A DNA stretch of 12,013 nt from Pseudomonadota bacterium (GCA_041178085.1 JBEGVZ010000115.1:1-12013); one strand, 5' to 3'; numbered from the stretch's first letter, positions 1 to 7,810 are shown. Translations and numbers: made by a program. Notes: generated by a model from the sequence alone, not told the origin.

Positions 1-772
1 GCAGGAAAAAGTTCAAAATCGGAATCGTGGCAATCCCCGCGAAAAGGCGCCACGCACCGACCGGTGTGCCTTCTCTCGCACGCTCGCGATACTCGAGCAT
101 CACGCTCATCAACATCGCGCCGCCGGCAAGGGCCAGACAAAATGGAAGTGACTCCAGAGTCCACTCAAGAGCGATGCCGCCAGTCAATGCTCCGGACATT
201 TCAACCAGCCCGGAAAAAATACTTCCGGCCAGCGCTGCGGGGAGGGACCAGCCCAGCGACTGGAAGCAAAGGACCAAAAGTGCTCCCTCAGCAATGTTTT
301 GCACGGAAAGACCAACCTGCAAGACAAGCGCTTCGGAAAGGCGTGTTCCGGCCATGGAGGAGCCTGCGCCCATGCCCTCGGGAAAATTGTGGAGGATGAT
401 CGCCGCAGCAAACATCCATCGAGCCGAGTTCAGGTGCGGCTCAGAGTGCTGGTCACCTACGCGCCCATGCATCGCACGCTCGACAAAGGAATGCGCAATC
501 CAAAGGAAACCGACTCCGCAAAGGAAACCGCCGACCACAAGCGACAACCCTTTTGGGTGATTTGCAGGGTTTTGAAGGGCTTCCAAAAGATTCGGTCCGA
601 CCAGGCTGAATGCGACAGCCGAAAGCATGACGCCAAGCGCCACATCGACGGAAGCACGCAAATCCCGCATGTGACGGGAGTGACCTAACACGGGGGCGAG
701 CAACGCTCCGGCAGACGTTGCCAGGAGAGAAATTAGCCCGCCAATCATGGCGCTGGTAATAAGAGGCGTCAT
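1..772 (-). CDS. ZIP-family (ZupT/GufA-like) divalent metal transporter, 3' end outside the window
   Basis: Manual translation from ATG 772 (GGAG ~8 nt upstream) stays open to the window edge: MTPLITSAMIGGLISLLATSAGALL...GVMLSAVAFSLV...AIILHNFPEGMGAG...GLSVQNIAEGALL...GLVEMSGA...LAGGAMLM. It has multiple hydrophobic segments and the paired HNxPEG / QNxxEG metal-site motifs of ZIP TM4/TM5. It is absent from the ORF track because there is no stop in the window. Confidence 0.93.
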   Translation of the reverse strand, partial: MTPLITSAMIGGLISLLATSAGALLAPVLGHSRHMRDLRASVDVALGVMLSAVAFSLVGPNLLEALQNPANHPKGLSLVVGGFLCGVGFLWIAHSFVERAMHGRVGDQHSEPHLNSARWMFAAAIILHNFPEGMGAGSSMAGTRLSEALVLQVGLSVQNIAEGALLVLCFQSLGWSLPAALAGSIFSGLVEMSGALTGGIALEWTLESLPFCLALAGGAMLMSVMLEYRERAREGTPVGAWRLFAGIATIPILNFFL

Positions 773-960
773 GGCCCGACTCCAGATCTTCTCTAAAGAT
801 TATCGCCAGAATCAGGAGCCGGCTTGAAGACTTAAAATTTATTCAAATAAATTCAGGATGTTACCAGAAAAACCCACTTGGCGGGGATTGCGCCCCATGG
901 GTCCACCGAATCTGAACGTGGCGCTCGCGCCCAAAGCAGCAGCCTGGAAAGGCCTCGGCT

Positions 961-1695
961 CTAATGGGCGACACCTGAAGCGCTGCGTGTTTGTCGGCGG
1001 ACAATCTCCAGCGCTGATTTAGCTAATTCGACGCGACGTGTCTCGGTCGCAAGCCCTTGCTCAGCCGCAACAAAATCAATCAACTCGTCGAGGTATTCCT
1101 CACGACTCGCAAACCTCTGCTCGGTCAAATGCCTGACTGCCTCCCAGCGAAACGTCCGGTAGTGCAGTTCGACTTTAGCGCGGTCAACGCGCTTTTCAGC
1201 CAATTTGACAGCAGTTTCGCGAGCCTTGATCTGCAAACGGAAATAGGTGTCGGCCGCCACACGTTCGCCAGCCATCACCCGCAGCCTGATCAGTCCCATC
1301 TCCTCATACACAAGGAGGGATTCCGCCTGTAACCCGCTGATGGCACCATCCAGCTGCGCGATATCCCGCTCCCAGAGGGCTTTTCTAAGTTCAATCTCAC
1401 TGATCGCCTTGCCAGAACCAAGCCGGTTGAGCATTTCGACCTGGGTATTACGGTTGACCCGGTTCTTGGCGACTGTCTGTGACTCACCGAAGTAGTGCTC
1501 AAGCAACTCACGACGGATGAACATTTCTTCCTGGGTCCCGACCGACATCATTTCCGCCTCGCCTAAAAACAGGCCCTCGACGGTAAGGGATGGGATCTCA
1601 GGAAACGGCGGTGGCACCTGCCGCCCAGCCCCGGGATTATCGTCCGGAGCTGCCTGAACTGATGCCGCCAGGATGATAAACCCGGCAAAAGTCAT
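961..1695 (-). CDS. Secreted alpha-helical hypothetical protein with two HlyD/TolC-like helical-hairpin motifs
   Basis: ORF 961..1803. The start at 1695 (alternative 1746) gives a signal-peptide-like MTFAGFIILAASVQA, then a Pro-rich linker and amphipathic helices with two turn motifs (LNRLGSGKAISEIELRKA; VRHLTEQRFASREEYLDE). Confidence 0.7.
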   Translation of the reverse strand: MTFAGFIILAASVQAAPDDNPGAGRQVPPPFPEIPSLTVEGLFLGEAEMMSVGTQEEMFIRRELLEHYFGESQTVAKNRVNRNTQVEMLNRLGSGKAISEIELRKALWERDIAQLDGAISGLQAESLLVYEEMGLIRLRVMAGERVAADTYFRLQIKARETAVKLAEKRVDRAKVELHYRTFRWEAVRHLTEQRFASREEYLDELIDFVAAEQGLATETRRVELAKSALEIVRRQTRSASGVAH

Positions 1696-1717
1696 GACAG
1701 ATACGAAGGGATTGCGA

Positions 1718-1734
1718 TTGGCAGCCAATTTGCA
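1718..1734 (+). promoter_or_regulatory. Sigma-54 (-24/-12) promoter, probably for the 1828..2271 gene
   Basis: TTGGCAGCCAATTTGCA compared with consensus YTGGCACG-N4-TTGCW. GG 1720-21 and GC 1732-33 have the exact spacing; predicted TSS ~1745. Confidence 0.55.
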
Positions 1735-1827
1735 GATTTGTTTCATGCAGGACCCAATCAAGGCGGTTCGCGGAGTTTCTATACTAATAAACAAAAATGT
1801 CAAATTTTATTAAATAGGATGACATAT

Positions 1828-2271
1828 ATGAAGTTTATTAAAACTATTAAAGCGCCCGCATGGTCGGCTACAGTACTGTATTTATTTAGCTTTTACCCGG
1901 CTCTAGGCGCTCCGAAAGACTGTCCGGTTTCGCACCGGATGAGCCTCGACATGGTACTGGACGATAAAGACTTGCTGGGAAGCCTGAACGAGGAAAGCCG
2001 CGCTGGCCTCAATCAATGGGCAGCTGGAAAAATTGACCGCTTTGCGGCGAATTGCAGCGGCGAAGCTGCGATGGAGCACTACGGCATGGACGTCCGAAAT
2101 GGGCTGCGTCGACTTGTGTGGGATCTGGAGGCAGGACAATGGCATCACACGCGCTGGCTCCGCCGCCATGGCGTGATCACAACCACCCAGTTAAGCGAAC
2201 TCTTTAAAATTTCGCTCTCGGCTGATGCCAACGCAAATGCGCGGGCAGCACTGAAAATCCTGAATCCCTGA
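1828..2271 (+). CDS. Secreted hypothetical protein (147 aa), two Cys, one helical-hairpin-like motif
   Basis: ORF 1738..2271. ATG 1828 has AGGA 8 nt upstream. The N-terminus MKFIKTIKAPAWSATVLYLFSFYPALGA looks like a signal peptide. Contains HTRWLRRHGVITTTQLSEL. Confidence 0.65.
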   Translation: MKFIKTIKAPAWSATVLYLFSFYPALGAPKDCPVSHRMSLDMVLDDKDLLGSLNEESRAGLNQWAAGKIDRFAANCSGEAAMEHYGMDVRNGLRRLVWDLEAGQWHHTRWLRRHGVITTTQLSELFKISLSADANANARAALKILNP

Positions 2272-2289
2272 CTCCTGAGCTGGGCTCTC

Positions 2290-2751
2290 TCAGGGTTTCA
2301 TCCTTGCGACCAGGCGATCCAGGGCGTCAGCAAAGCGCTTCTTGGCCCGGTCATTAAAAGGTGGGGGTCCCCCCCCAGAAGACATCCCTGTCATGTTGCC
2401 ACTGCGCAGCTCTTGCATGAGGTTGCGCGTGGCGAGCAGCTCGCCAATCGATGCCTGATCAAAAACCGTACCCTGGGCGCTCAAGCCCGTGGCCCCGCGG
2501 GCAACGATGCGCTCTGCAAGGGGCACATCCGATGTGATTACCAGGTCGCCCCCGCCGACGTGCTCGGCGATGTGGTCATCCGCGGCATCAAATCCACCGG
2601 GAACACACACACCAGTAAACAGCTTTCCGGGCGGGATTCGAGGTTGGGAATTGCCAACGACCACAACCGGCAACCCCCGACGCGCTGCAGCTGCGAATAC
2701 GAGCTCCCTGACCACACCGGGACAGCCATCATTGTCAATCCAGATGCGCAT
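2290..2751 (-). CDS. yaiI: YaiI/YqxD family protein (UPF0178, DUF188; PIN-like fold)
   Basis: MRIWIDNDGCP, GFDAADDHI, GDLVITSDVPLA, LATRNLMQELR, GGPPPF...FADALDR are characteristic family motifs. Confidence 0.93.
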   Translation of the reverse strand: MRIWIDNDGCPGVVRELVFAAAARRGLPVVVVGNSQPRIPPGKLFTGVCVPGGFDAADDHIAEHVGGGDLVITSDVPLAERIVARGATGLSAQGTVFDQASIGELLATRNLMQELRSGNMTGMSSGGGPPPFNDRAKKRFADALDRLVARMKP

Positions 2752-2919
2752 TCAAACCCCCCGTTCTGGCAGGGATTTGCATAATTTGATTGTAGAAATC
2801 ACGACATTCCATTAGAAAGCGGCGTTACCTCGCCTTGCGATTCTCCTGCCAGAAATGACTCCGGCACAACGCTGACCAAGCTACAACATTGCGGGCAATA
2901 ACAACACCAAAGGACAAAA

Positions 2920-4284
2920 GTGGTACTCAAACTCATCCAAAAACTGACCAGGTCAAACCCGGAGGCAGACGCCACCCAACCGGCACAAGCCGTGACGGGT
3001 AATTTTGACCAACTCGGGCTCATCGAGCCAATCCTCCGAGCCGTAAAGGCCGAAGGCTACGAATCTCCGACTCCGATCCAGCATCAATCCATCCCGCCCA
3101 TCCTTGACGGCCGTGACCTCCTTGGTTGCGCCCAAACGGGAACGGGCAAGACAGCCGCGTTTGCACTGCCAATCCTGCAGCGGCTTTCCGGACAACCCGC
3201 CAGAAACCACAGGATCCAGGCTCTGGTGCTTGCACCGACCAGGGAACTCGCCCTGCAGATCGGGGAAAGCTTCAAAGCCTATGGCAAGCACTTGCCACTC
3301 AGGACAACCGTCGTATTCGGTGGGGTCGGCATCGAACCACAGATCAGCAACATCAAACGCGGTGTGGACGTGCTGGTTGCAACTCCCGGCCGGTTGATGG
3401 ACTTGATGGAACGTGGTGTCGTCACTTTCCAACACCTGTCTGTCCTCGTTCTTGACGAAGCCGACAGGATGCTCGACATGGGCTTCATCAACGACATACG
3501 CCGCATCTTGAAAGTCCTGCCAGTGCGCCGGCAGAACCTGCTTTTTTCAGCCACCATTCCAAAGGAAGTCCAGGGCCTGATTGATGACATCCTGAAGAAC
3601 CCGGTCAGGGTACAGGTCACGCCGGTCTCTTCAACAAGCGAGCAAGTAGAGCAAAGGGCTTACCTGGTCGGACGCGCAGACAAGAGAAAACTTCTGCTCC
3701 ACATTCTCGATACAGAAAATGTGACGCGCGCCCTGGTCTTCACCCGGACGAAGCACAACGCCAACAAACTGGAACAATTCCTGATGGAATCCGGGATCGA
3801 GGCCGCAGCAATCCACGGAAACAAATCGCAGAGTGCGCGCCAGCGGGCACTTGAAGGGTTCCGGAGCGGCAAGGTACGCATTCTTGTTGCCAGTGACATT
3901 GCAGCCCGTGGCATCGACATCGATGGAATCTCCCACGTGATCAACTTTGAGATGCCGAACGAACCAGAGACCTACGTTCACCGAATCGGACGCACCGGCA
4001 GGGCAGAAGCACGCGGAGTTGCGCTTTCATTCTGCGACCTCGAGGAACAGACTTATCTGGCCACCATTGAGCGAATGACGCGCAAAGACATTCCCCTCGT
4101 GAAAGACCATCCGTTCACCTCCGGCGCGAACGCGCCCGTGCCGCCAAGGCAGCAGCGTGGCGGCGGTGGACGTCCCGGACGCAGACCGACAGGCGGTGGA
4201 CCATCGGCGAATCGAGGCCCTCGCTCAAGCAGGCGTGGTGGTGGTTTCAAGCCAAACAGGCAGCGGAGCGCACCGCGTGACTGA
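2920..4284 (+). CDS. rhlE: DEAD-box RNA helicase, RhlE-like
   Basis: Q motif [49 protein letters not shown], and an Arg/Gly-rich tail. GTG start has AGGA upstream. Confidence 0.93.
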   Translation: MVLKLIQKLTRSNPEADATQPAQAVTGNFDQLGLIEPILRAVKAEGYESPTPIQHQSIPPILDGRDLLGCAQTGTGKTAAFALPILQRLSGQPARNHRIQALVLAPTRELALQIGESFKAYGKHLPLRTTVVFGGVGIEPQISNIKRGVDVLVATPGRLMDLMERGVVTFQHLSVLVLDEADRMLDMGFINDIRRILKVLPVRRQNLLFSATIPKEVQGLIDDILKNPVRVQVTPVSSTSEQVEQRAYLVGRADKRKLLLHILDTENVTRALVFTRTKHNANKLEQFLMESGIEAAAIHGNKSQSARQRALEGFRSGKVRILVASDIAARGIDIDGISHVINFEMPNEPETYVHRIGRTGRAEARGVALSFCDLEEQTYLATIERMTRKDIPLVKDHPFTSGANAPVPPRQQRGGGGRPGRRPTGGGPSANRGPRSSRRGGGFKPNRQRSAPRD

Positions 4285-5686
4285 AGTTTCTACCACCGGA
4301 GCGTCGTTCAATGACCTCAAGATCCCGGCAAAACTGAAGCAAGTGATTGCCGAACTTGGTTACGAGAAAATGACGGCTATCCAAGAGCAGGCCATTCCGG
4401 TCCTGCTCAGTGGTCGCGACATCATTGCAAAGTCAAAGACTGGCAGCGGCAAGACCGTGGCCTTCAGCGTTCCTCTTCTGTCAAAAGTTGAACCCGCGAC
4501 GCGGACCGTACAAGCGCTGGTCCTTTGCCCGACGCGGGAACTTTGTGCGCAGGTTGCACGGGAGACCCGGCGACTTGCGCGGAATTATCCGGGATTTCAT
4601 GTACTCATCATTTCCGGCGGGCAATTCATTGCACCGCAGATCAGCGCCCTCGAAAAAGGCGCCCATGTCGCCGTCGGAACACCAGGACGGGTCCTCGACC
4701 TGATCCAGCGCAAAAAACTTGTCCTGGCGAAGACGAAGCTGATCGTTCTGGATGAGGCGGACCGGATGCTCGACATGGGTTTCCAGGAAGACATGGAAGA
4801 GATCCTTTCAGCATTGCCGCGTGGTTGCCAGACTGCACTTTTCTCTGCAACCTATCCCGATACAATCGGTGAGATGAGCGCGCGTTATCAAAGAAATCCC
4901 GTAAAAGTCACCATCGAGGACGGCGGGAATGATGCGCCGTCCATCGAACAACGATTCCATCCCGCAGATTACGAAAAAAAAGCAGACGCCCTGGCTGCTG
5001 TGATCAAACACTATGCTCCATCATCGGCGATCGTCTTCACCAACCTGAAGGCCGTGGCCAGCGAAGTCGCTTCTTCGCTGAAGCAGGCCGGGGTCAGTGC
5101 GGCTGCCTTGCACGGTGACCTGGAACAGTTTGAACGGGACCAGGTGATGGCGCGCTTCAGGAATCGCAGCACGCGAATTCTGGTGGCAACGGATGTCGCT
5201 GCACGTGGCATCGATGTGGACCAGGTGGAGATGGTCGTCAATTACGACTGCCCGTCAAAGCCGGATGTCTATGTCCACCGCATCGGCCGCACGGGTCGGG
5301 CTGGAAAAACCGGGCTTGCCGTGACGCTGGTGACCGCGAAAGAACAGCACAAGCTGGCATATATCGGGGAATACACTTCCACCCAGCCATCATTGACGAA
5401 GTTGCCCTCCACTGCGGAAAAATCGGCGAAACCTTCATCCGGTGCAACGGAAATGGAAACGATCTCCATCTCTGCCGGCAGGAAGGATAAACTCCGCCCA
5501 GGAGATATCCTCGGTGCGTTGACTGGTGAAGCAGGCGGACTCTCAGGATCAGACGTCGGAAAGATTGAAATCCAGGACCGCATTTCCTACGTGGCAGTGC
5601 GCAAGGAAGTTGCCAGCCACGCGCTAAAAAGCCTTGAGTCCGGCAAGATCAAGGGACGCACGTTCCGCGTGACCCTGTTGAAATAA
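4277..5686 (+). CDS. dbpA: DEAD-box RNA helicase DbpA (23S rRNA-dependent)
   Basis: [39 protein letters not shown], and the C-terminal DbpA RNA-binding domain [20 protein letters not shown]...GKIKGR. The likely start is GTG 4277 (GGAG at 4265-68), overlapping the rhlE stop by 8 nt (GTGACTGA). Confidence 0.95.
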   Translation: MTEVSTTGASFNDLKIPAKLKQVIAELGYEKMTAIQEQAIPVLLSGRDIIAKSKTGSGKTVAFSVPLLSKVEPATRTVQALVLCPTRELCAQVARETRRLARNYPGFHVLIISGGQFIAPQISALEKGAHVAVGTPGRVLDLIQRKKLVLAKTKLIVLDEADRMLDMGFQEDMEEILSALPRGCQTALFSATYPDTIGEMSARYQRNPVKVTIEDGGNDAPSIEQRFHPADYEKKADALAAVIKHYAPSSAIVFTNLKAVASEVASSLKQAGVSAAALHGDLEQFERDQVMARFRNRSTRILVATDVAARGIDVDQVEMVVNYDCPSKPDVYVHRIGRTGRAGKTGLAVTLVTAKEQHKLAYIGEYTSTQPSLTKLPSTAEKSAKPSSGATEMETISISAGRKDKLRPGDILGALTGEAGGLSGSDVGKIEIQDRISYVAVRKEVASHALKSLESGKIKGRTFRVTLLK

Positions 5687-5729
5687 TCTGCGCCACACCT
5701 CGCTTGTTTCATCATCACAACATCAGAAA

Positions 5730-5745
5730 TGGCACGCCGCCTGCA
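5730..5745 (+). promoter_or_regulatory. Sigma-54 (-24/-12) promoter with predicted +1 at 5756, the first base of the group II-type RNA
   Basis: TGGCACGCCGCCTGCA compared with TGGCACG-N4-TTGCW has one mismatch. GG is at 5731-32 and GC at 5743-44; placing C5744 at -12 puts +1 at G5756. Confidence 0.72.
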
Positions 5746-5755
5746 TTACCCATTT

Positions 5756-6605
5756 GTGTGTTTGGAACGCAGCGATGCTGGCCAAACACTCTAGCGGGTG
5801 AGAGTCCCGCCGGTGGAGTCGTCCAGATGCCACTGTAGCCGTGGCCGCTGCCTGTGCGGGTGACTGTACAGGCAGAAGCCGGCTGAAATAACCCCCGTGA
5901 GTTCGTATGGGGGAGGGCGAACTGACAGGTTGTAGCGTGAGCGAACCTTTAAGCCCGACGCAGACCCTGCAGATAACGGATTGCAGGATGCGGGAACGTG
6001 CCGAGCCTGACTCGAAGGGAAGAAACTCCCCGAGGGTGCCAAACCAGGCGAAGGCCATTGCGGAGAACGAAGAACTGGACACGAGCAGTTCTCCGGTGTT
6101 CCACGGGTGGACAGGATGACATGTCAGGAAAGAGTGTTGGTGAAAGCACGGAAGTACTTGCAACGCCTTGGCGTTCTCCAACGCCCGGGCAGGCAAGCCA
6201 GGAAAAGCTCTCGTCGATTGAGGCTCCGGCTTTGGTTGGCGGCGGCGAAACCCGGTGAGTTCCTGCAAGTATGGCAGATGAGGTCGCGAAGCAATACGTG
6301 GCGAGACACTACAACTCGTTGCGTGCGAGGACCTCTGGGGTAGGCGGAGTGGGCGTCTTCACTGGTGCCCGAAACCCGTCGTGTGGCGGTCCGGAGTTCT
6401 AGATCCCGGACTAATGGCAGAGGCAAACTTTGGTCGATACCGCGTATGCTGGAGAATGCTTGAGCGGCGTTGACCACAAGAAAGGCCCTGCTGTGACAGC
6501 CAGCCCTGCAGCCGTACCGGGGAAAACCCAACGTACGGAATCGTCAAGAGGGTGGCGGAAACCTGAATGCCCCGAGAGGGGTCGCCAGGGGACCACCACC
6601 CGAAC
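5756..6605 (+). ncRNA. ORF-less group II intron-type ribozyme RNA (IIB-like), domains I-VI, ~850 nt
   Basis: 5' GTGTG (GUGYG). DI: GCGGG-TGAGAGT-CCCGC 5794-5810; 12-bp stem with GTGA tetraloop 5848-5875 followed by AAGC; long-range pair CCAAACACTCT 5782-92 / AGAGTGTTGG 6131-40. DII: TACTTGCA 6155-62 / TGCAAGTA 6264-71. DIII: GAGGTC 6280-85 / GACCTC 6330-35 with an inner stem. DIV is short (~6337-6507) and has no RT ORF. DV has the AGC triad at 6510-12. DVI has a GAGA tetraloop and a probable 3' end at ...CCCGAAC 6605. Confidence 0.88.
6508..6542 (+). other. Group II catalytic domain V hairpin
   Basis: GCAGCCGTACCGGGGAAAACCCAACGTACGGAATC: AGC triad, CCGTAC 6512-17 / GTACGG 6533-38 stem, AC bulge 6531-32, short GGG/CCC upper stem with a GAAA-type loop. 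Confidence 0.9.
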
Positions 6606-6622
6606 TTGGCGTTTGAAGACTT

Positions 6623-7750
6623 TTAGTTGATTCCAAGGACACGCGCTGTCCACGCAGCACCATAGATCTTTTTGAGGGACTCGCGCATCGGTGCATGGGC
6701 TTGATCGTTGCGCATCAAGTCAAGGATCTTTCTTGCACGCTGATTGGCAGCGCTGTTGAAAAATCCCTTTTCCACACCTTTCGTGATTGACCACTCATGC
6801 GCTATCTCTGCCAGCATGGCAAATACCGCAACTCCCTGCTTGTTAGAGAGGTAGGCTGGCTCCTGTTGAGCCAGGGCATGCATCATCGCGGCATTGTAGT
6901 AGAGAAACTCCACCCCGCCAGCACCCATGCCCTCTGAGCTTCCTCGTTCGATTCCAAATATCTCTTCCGTCAGGTATGCCCGCCATTCATCGACAATGTT
7001 CTCACCCAACACCTGCGTCGGCCGCGATGCGATGTAGGTTCCGTAATACATCCCCGACTTGAAGGGAATGAACTCTGCGACGTCCCGCGTCAGTATCCGC
7101 GGCTCCGGGAAGTGGGCACCCTTGCCGTCCTGGAAGTAAACGAACTTCGAACCTGGCTTCGTATTCTCATGGAGCATGAAGTGCTGGGTCTCATGGACGT
7201 CCGTTGCAGGATCACCCGAACCCAAATAAGGTGACCGGGTGTATTGCATGACCTCGCAATAAAACCGTGAATAACGCCTGGCGTCACAAGCTCTTCCCGT
7301 CGACGGGACATCCACCATCTCGATCTCTTTTTGCCATGCGAACATGGTCGTGCTGTTTGAACTCGCTGCGACAAGGCGAATGGTACGTGACAAAGGCTGG
7401 CTGGAAAGGGACGAGGAGCTACTTGCAACCAGTTTCATGGTAAACCCGGCAGCGGCTGACACCTCTTCAGAAAGCTGGAAAATGCTCCGTTCGCCGTTCG
7501 CGGAAACCAGATTGAGCTGGGTGCCAGTGGCAGCCTCACAGACTCCATCGCCAGAGCAAAACCACATCTTGTCGTGAGACTTCGGGACTGAAGCCTGTAG
7601 AAGAATCCTGCCACCAGAAGAACCCATCACGTGGACGAAAATCTGATCCGCATTCGAGTTCTTGAACTGCGAGGAATCATGCAGTCCGGACCCGCAAGCA
7701 CCCAGGCCAAGAGCCAGAATGAAAACGTGAACTGGCAACAATTTCCGCAT
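6623..7750 (-). CDS. Lipoprotein with a putative gluzincin-type zinc metallopeptidase domain (HExxH)
   Basis: Likely start ATG 7750: MRKLLPVHVFILALGLGA-C (lipobox). Small N-terminal domain with a Cys pair, Ser-rich linkers, then VHETQH and a downstream DEWRAY helix that could supply a third Zn ligand. Confidence 0.75.
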   Translation of the reverse strand: MRKLLPVHVFILALGLGACGSGLHDSSQFKNSNADQIFVHVMGSSGGRILLQASVPKSHDKMWFCSGDGVCEAATGTQLNLVSANGERSIFQLSEEVSAAAGFTMKLVASSSSSLSSQPLSRTIRLVAASSNSTTMFAWQKEIEMVDVPSTGRACDARRYSRFYCEVMQYTRSPYLGSGDPATDVHETQHFMLHENTKPGSKFVYFQDGKGAHFPEPRILTRDVAEFIPFKSGMYYGTYIASRPTQVLGENIVDEWRAYLTEEIFGIERGSSEGMGAGGVEFLYYNAAMMHALAQQEPAYLSNKQGVAVFAMLAEIAHEWSITKGVEKGFFNSAANQRARKILDLMRNDQAHAPMRESLKKIYGAAWTARVLGIN

Positions 7751-7810
7751 TTTGACCTGCCCCCGTTTAAGAGAAGACACCGAATAGACGGACTTATTGG
7801 GGGTCCAACA

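Noticed and set aside
501..530. Direct repeat CAAAGGAAACCG x2
   Set aside because: Encodes the repeated GFL in a ZIP transmembrane helix. Only two copies, so not a CRISPR or regulatory repeat.
27..688. Plus-strand ORFs 27..560, 64..399 and 299..688
   Set aside because: Antisense shadows of the ZIP transporter gene.
824..833. TTGAAGACTT also present at 6613-6622, just after the RNA's 3' end
   Set aside because: A single 10-bp match that does not flank the element, so it is not a target-site duplication. It is compatible with chance.
851..863. IHF-like ATTCAGGATGTTA in the AT-rich patch upstream of the ZIP gene
   Set aside because: Degenerate match with no associated sigma-54 motif found; too weak to call.
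2274..2294. CCTGAG/CTCAGG hairpin between convergent genes as a terminator
   Set aside because: Only a 6-bp stem with no proper U-tract on either strand.
2766..2781. CTGGCAGGGATTTGCA as a sigma-54 promoter for rhlE
   Set aside because: The GG-to-GC spacing is one base short, and sigma-54 spacing is strict.
5727..5755. AAATGG/CCATTT hairpin before the RNA as a class IIC-style terminator target
   Set aside because: The stem is weak and not terminator-like, and the triad is AGC rather than the IIC CGC. The sigma-54 reading explains this sequence better.
5723..6653. ORFs 5723..6268(-), 6124..6531(-) and other short ORFs in the dbpA-lipoprotein gap
   Set aside because: No recognisable protein motifs and no RT (YADD) signature. 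They are shadows of the structured group II RNA.
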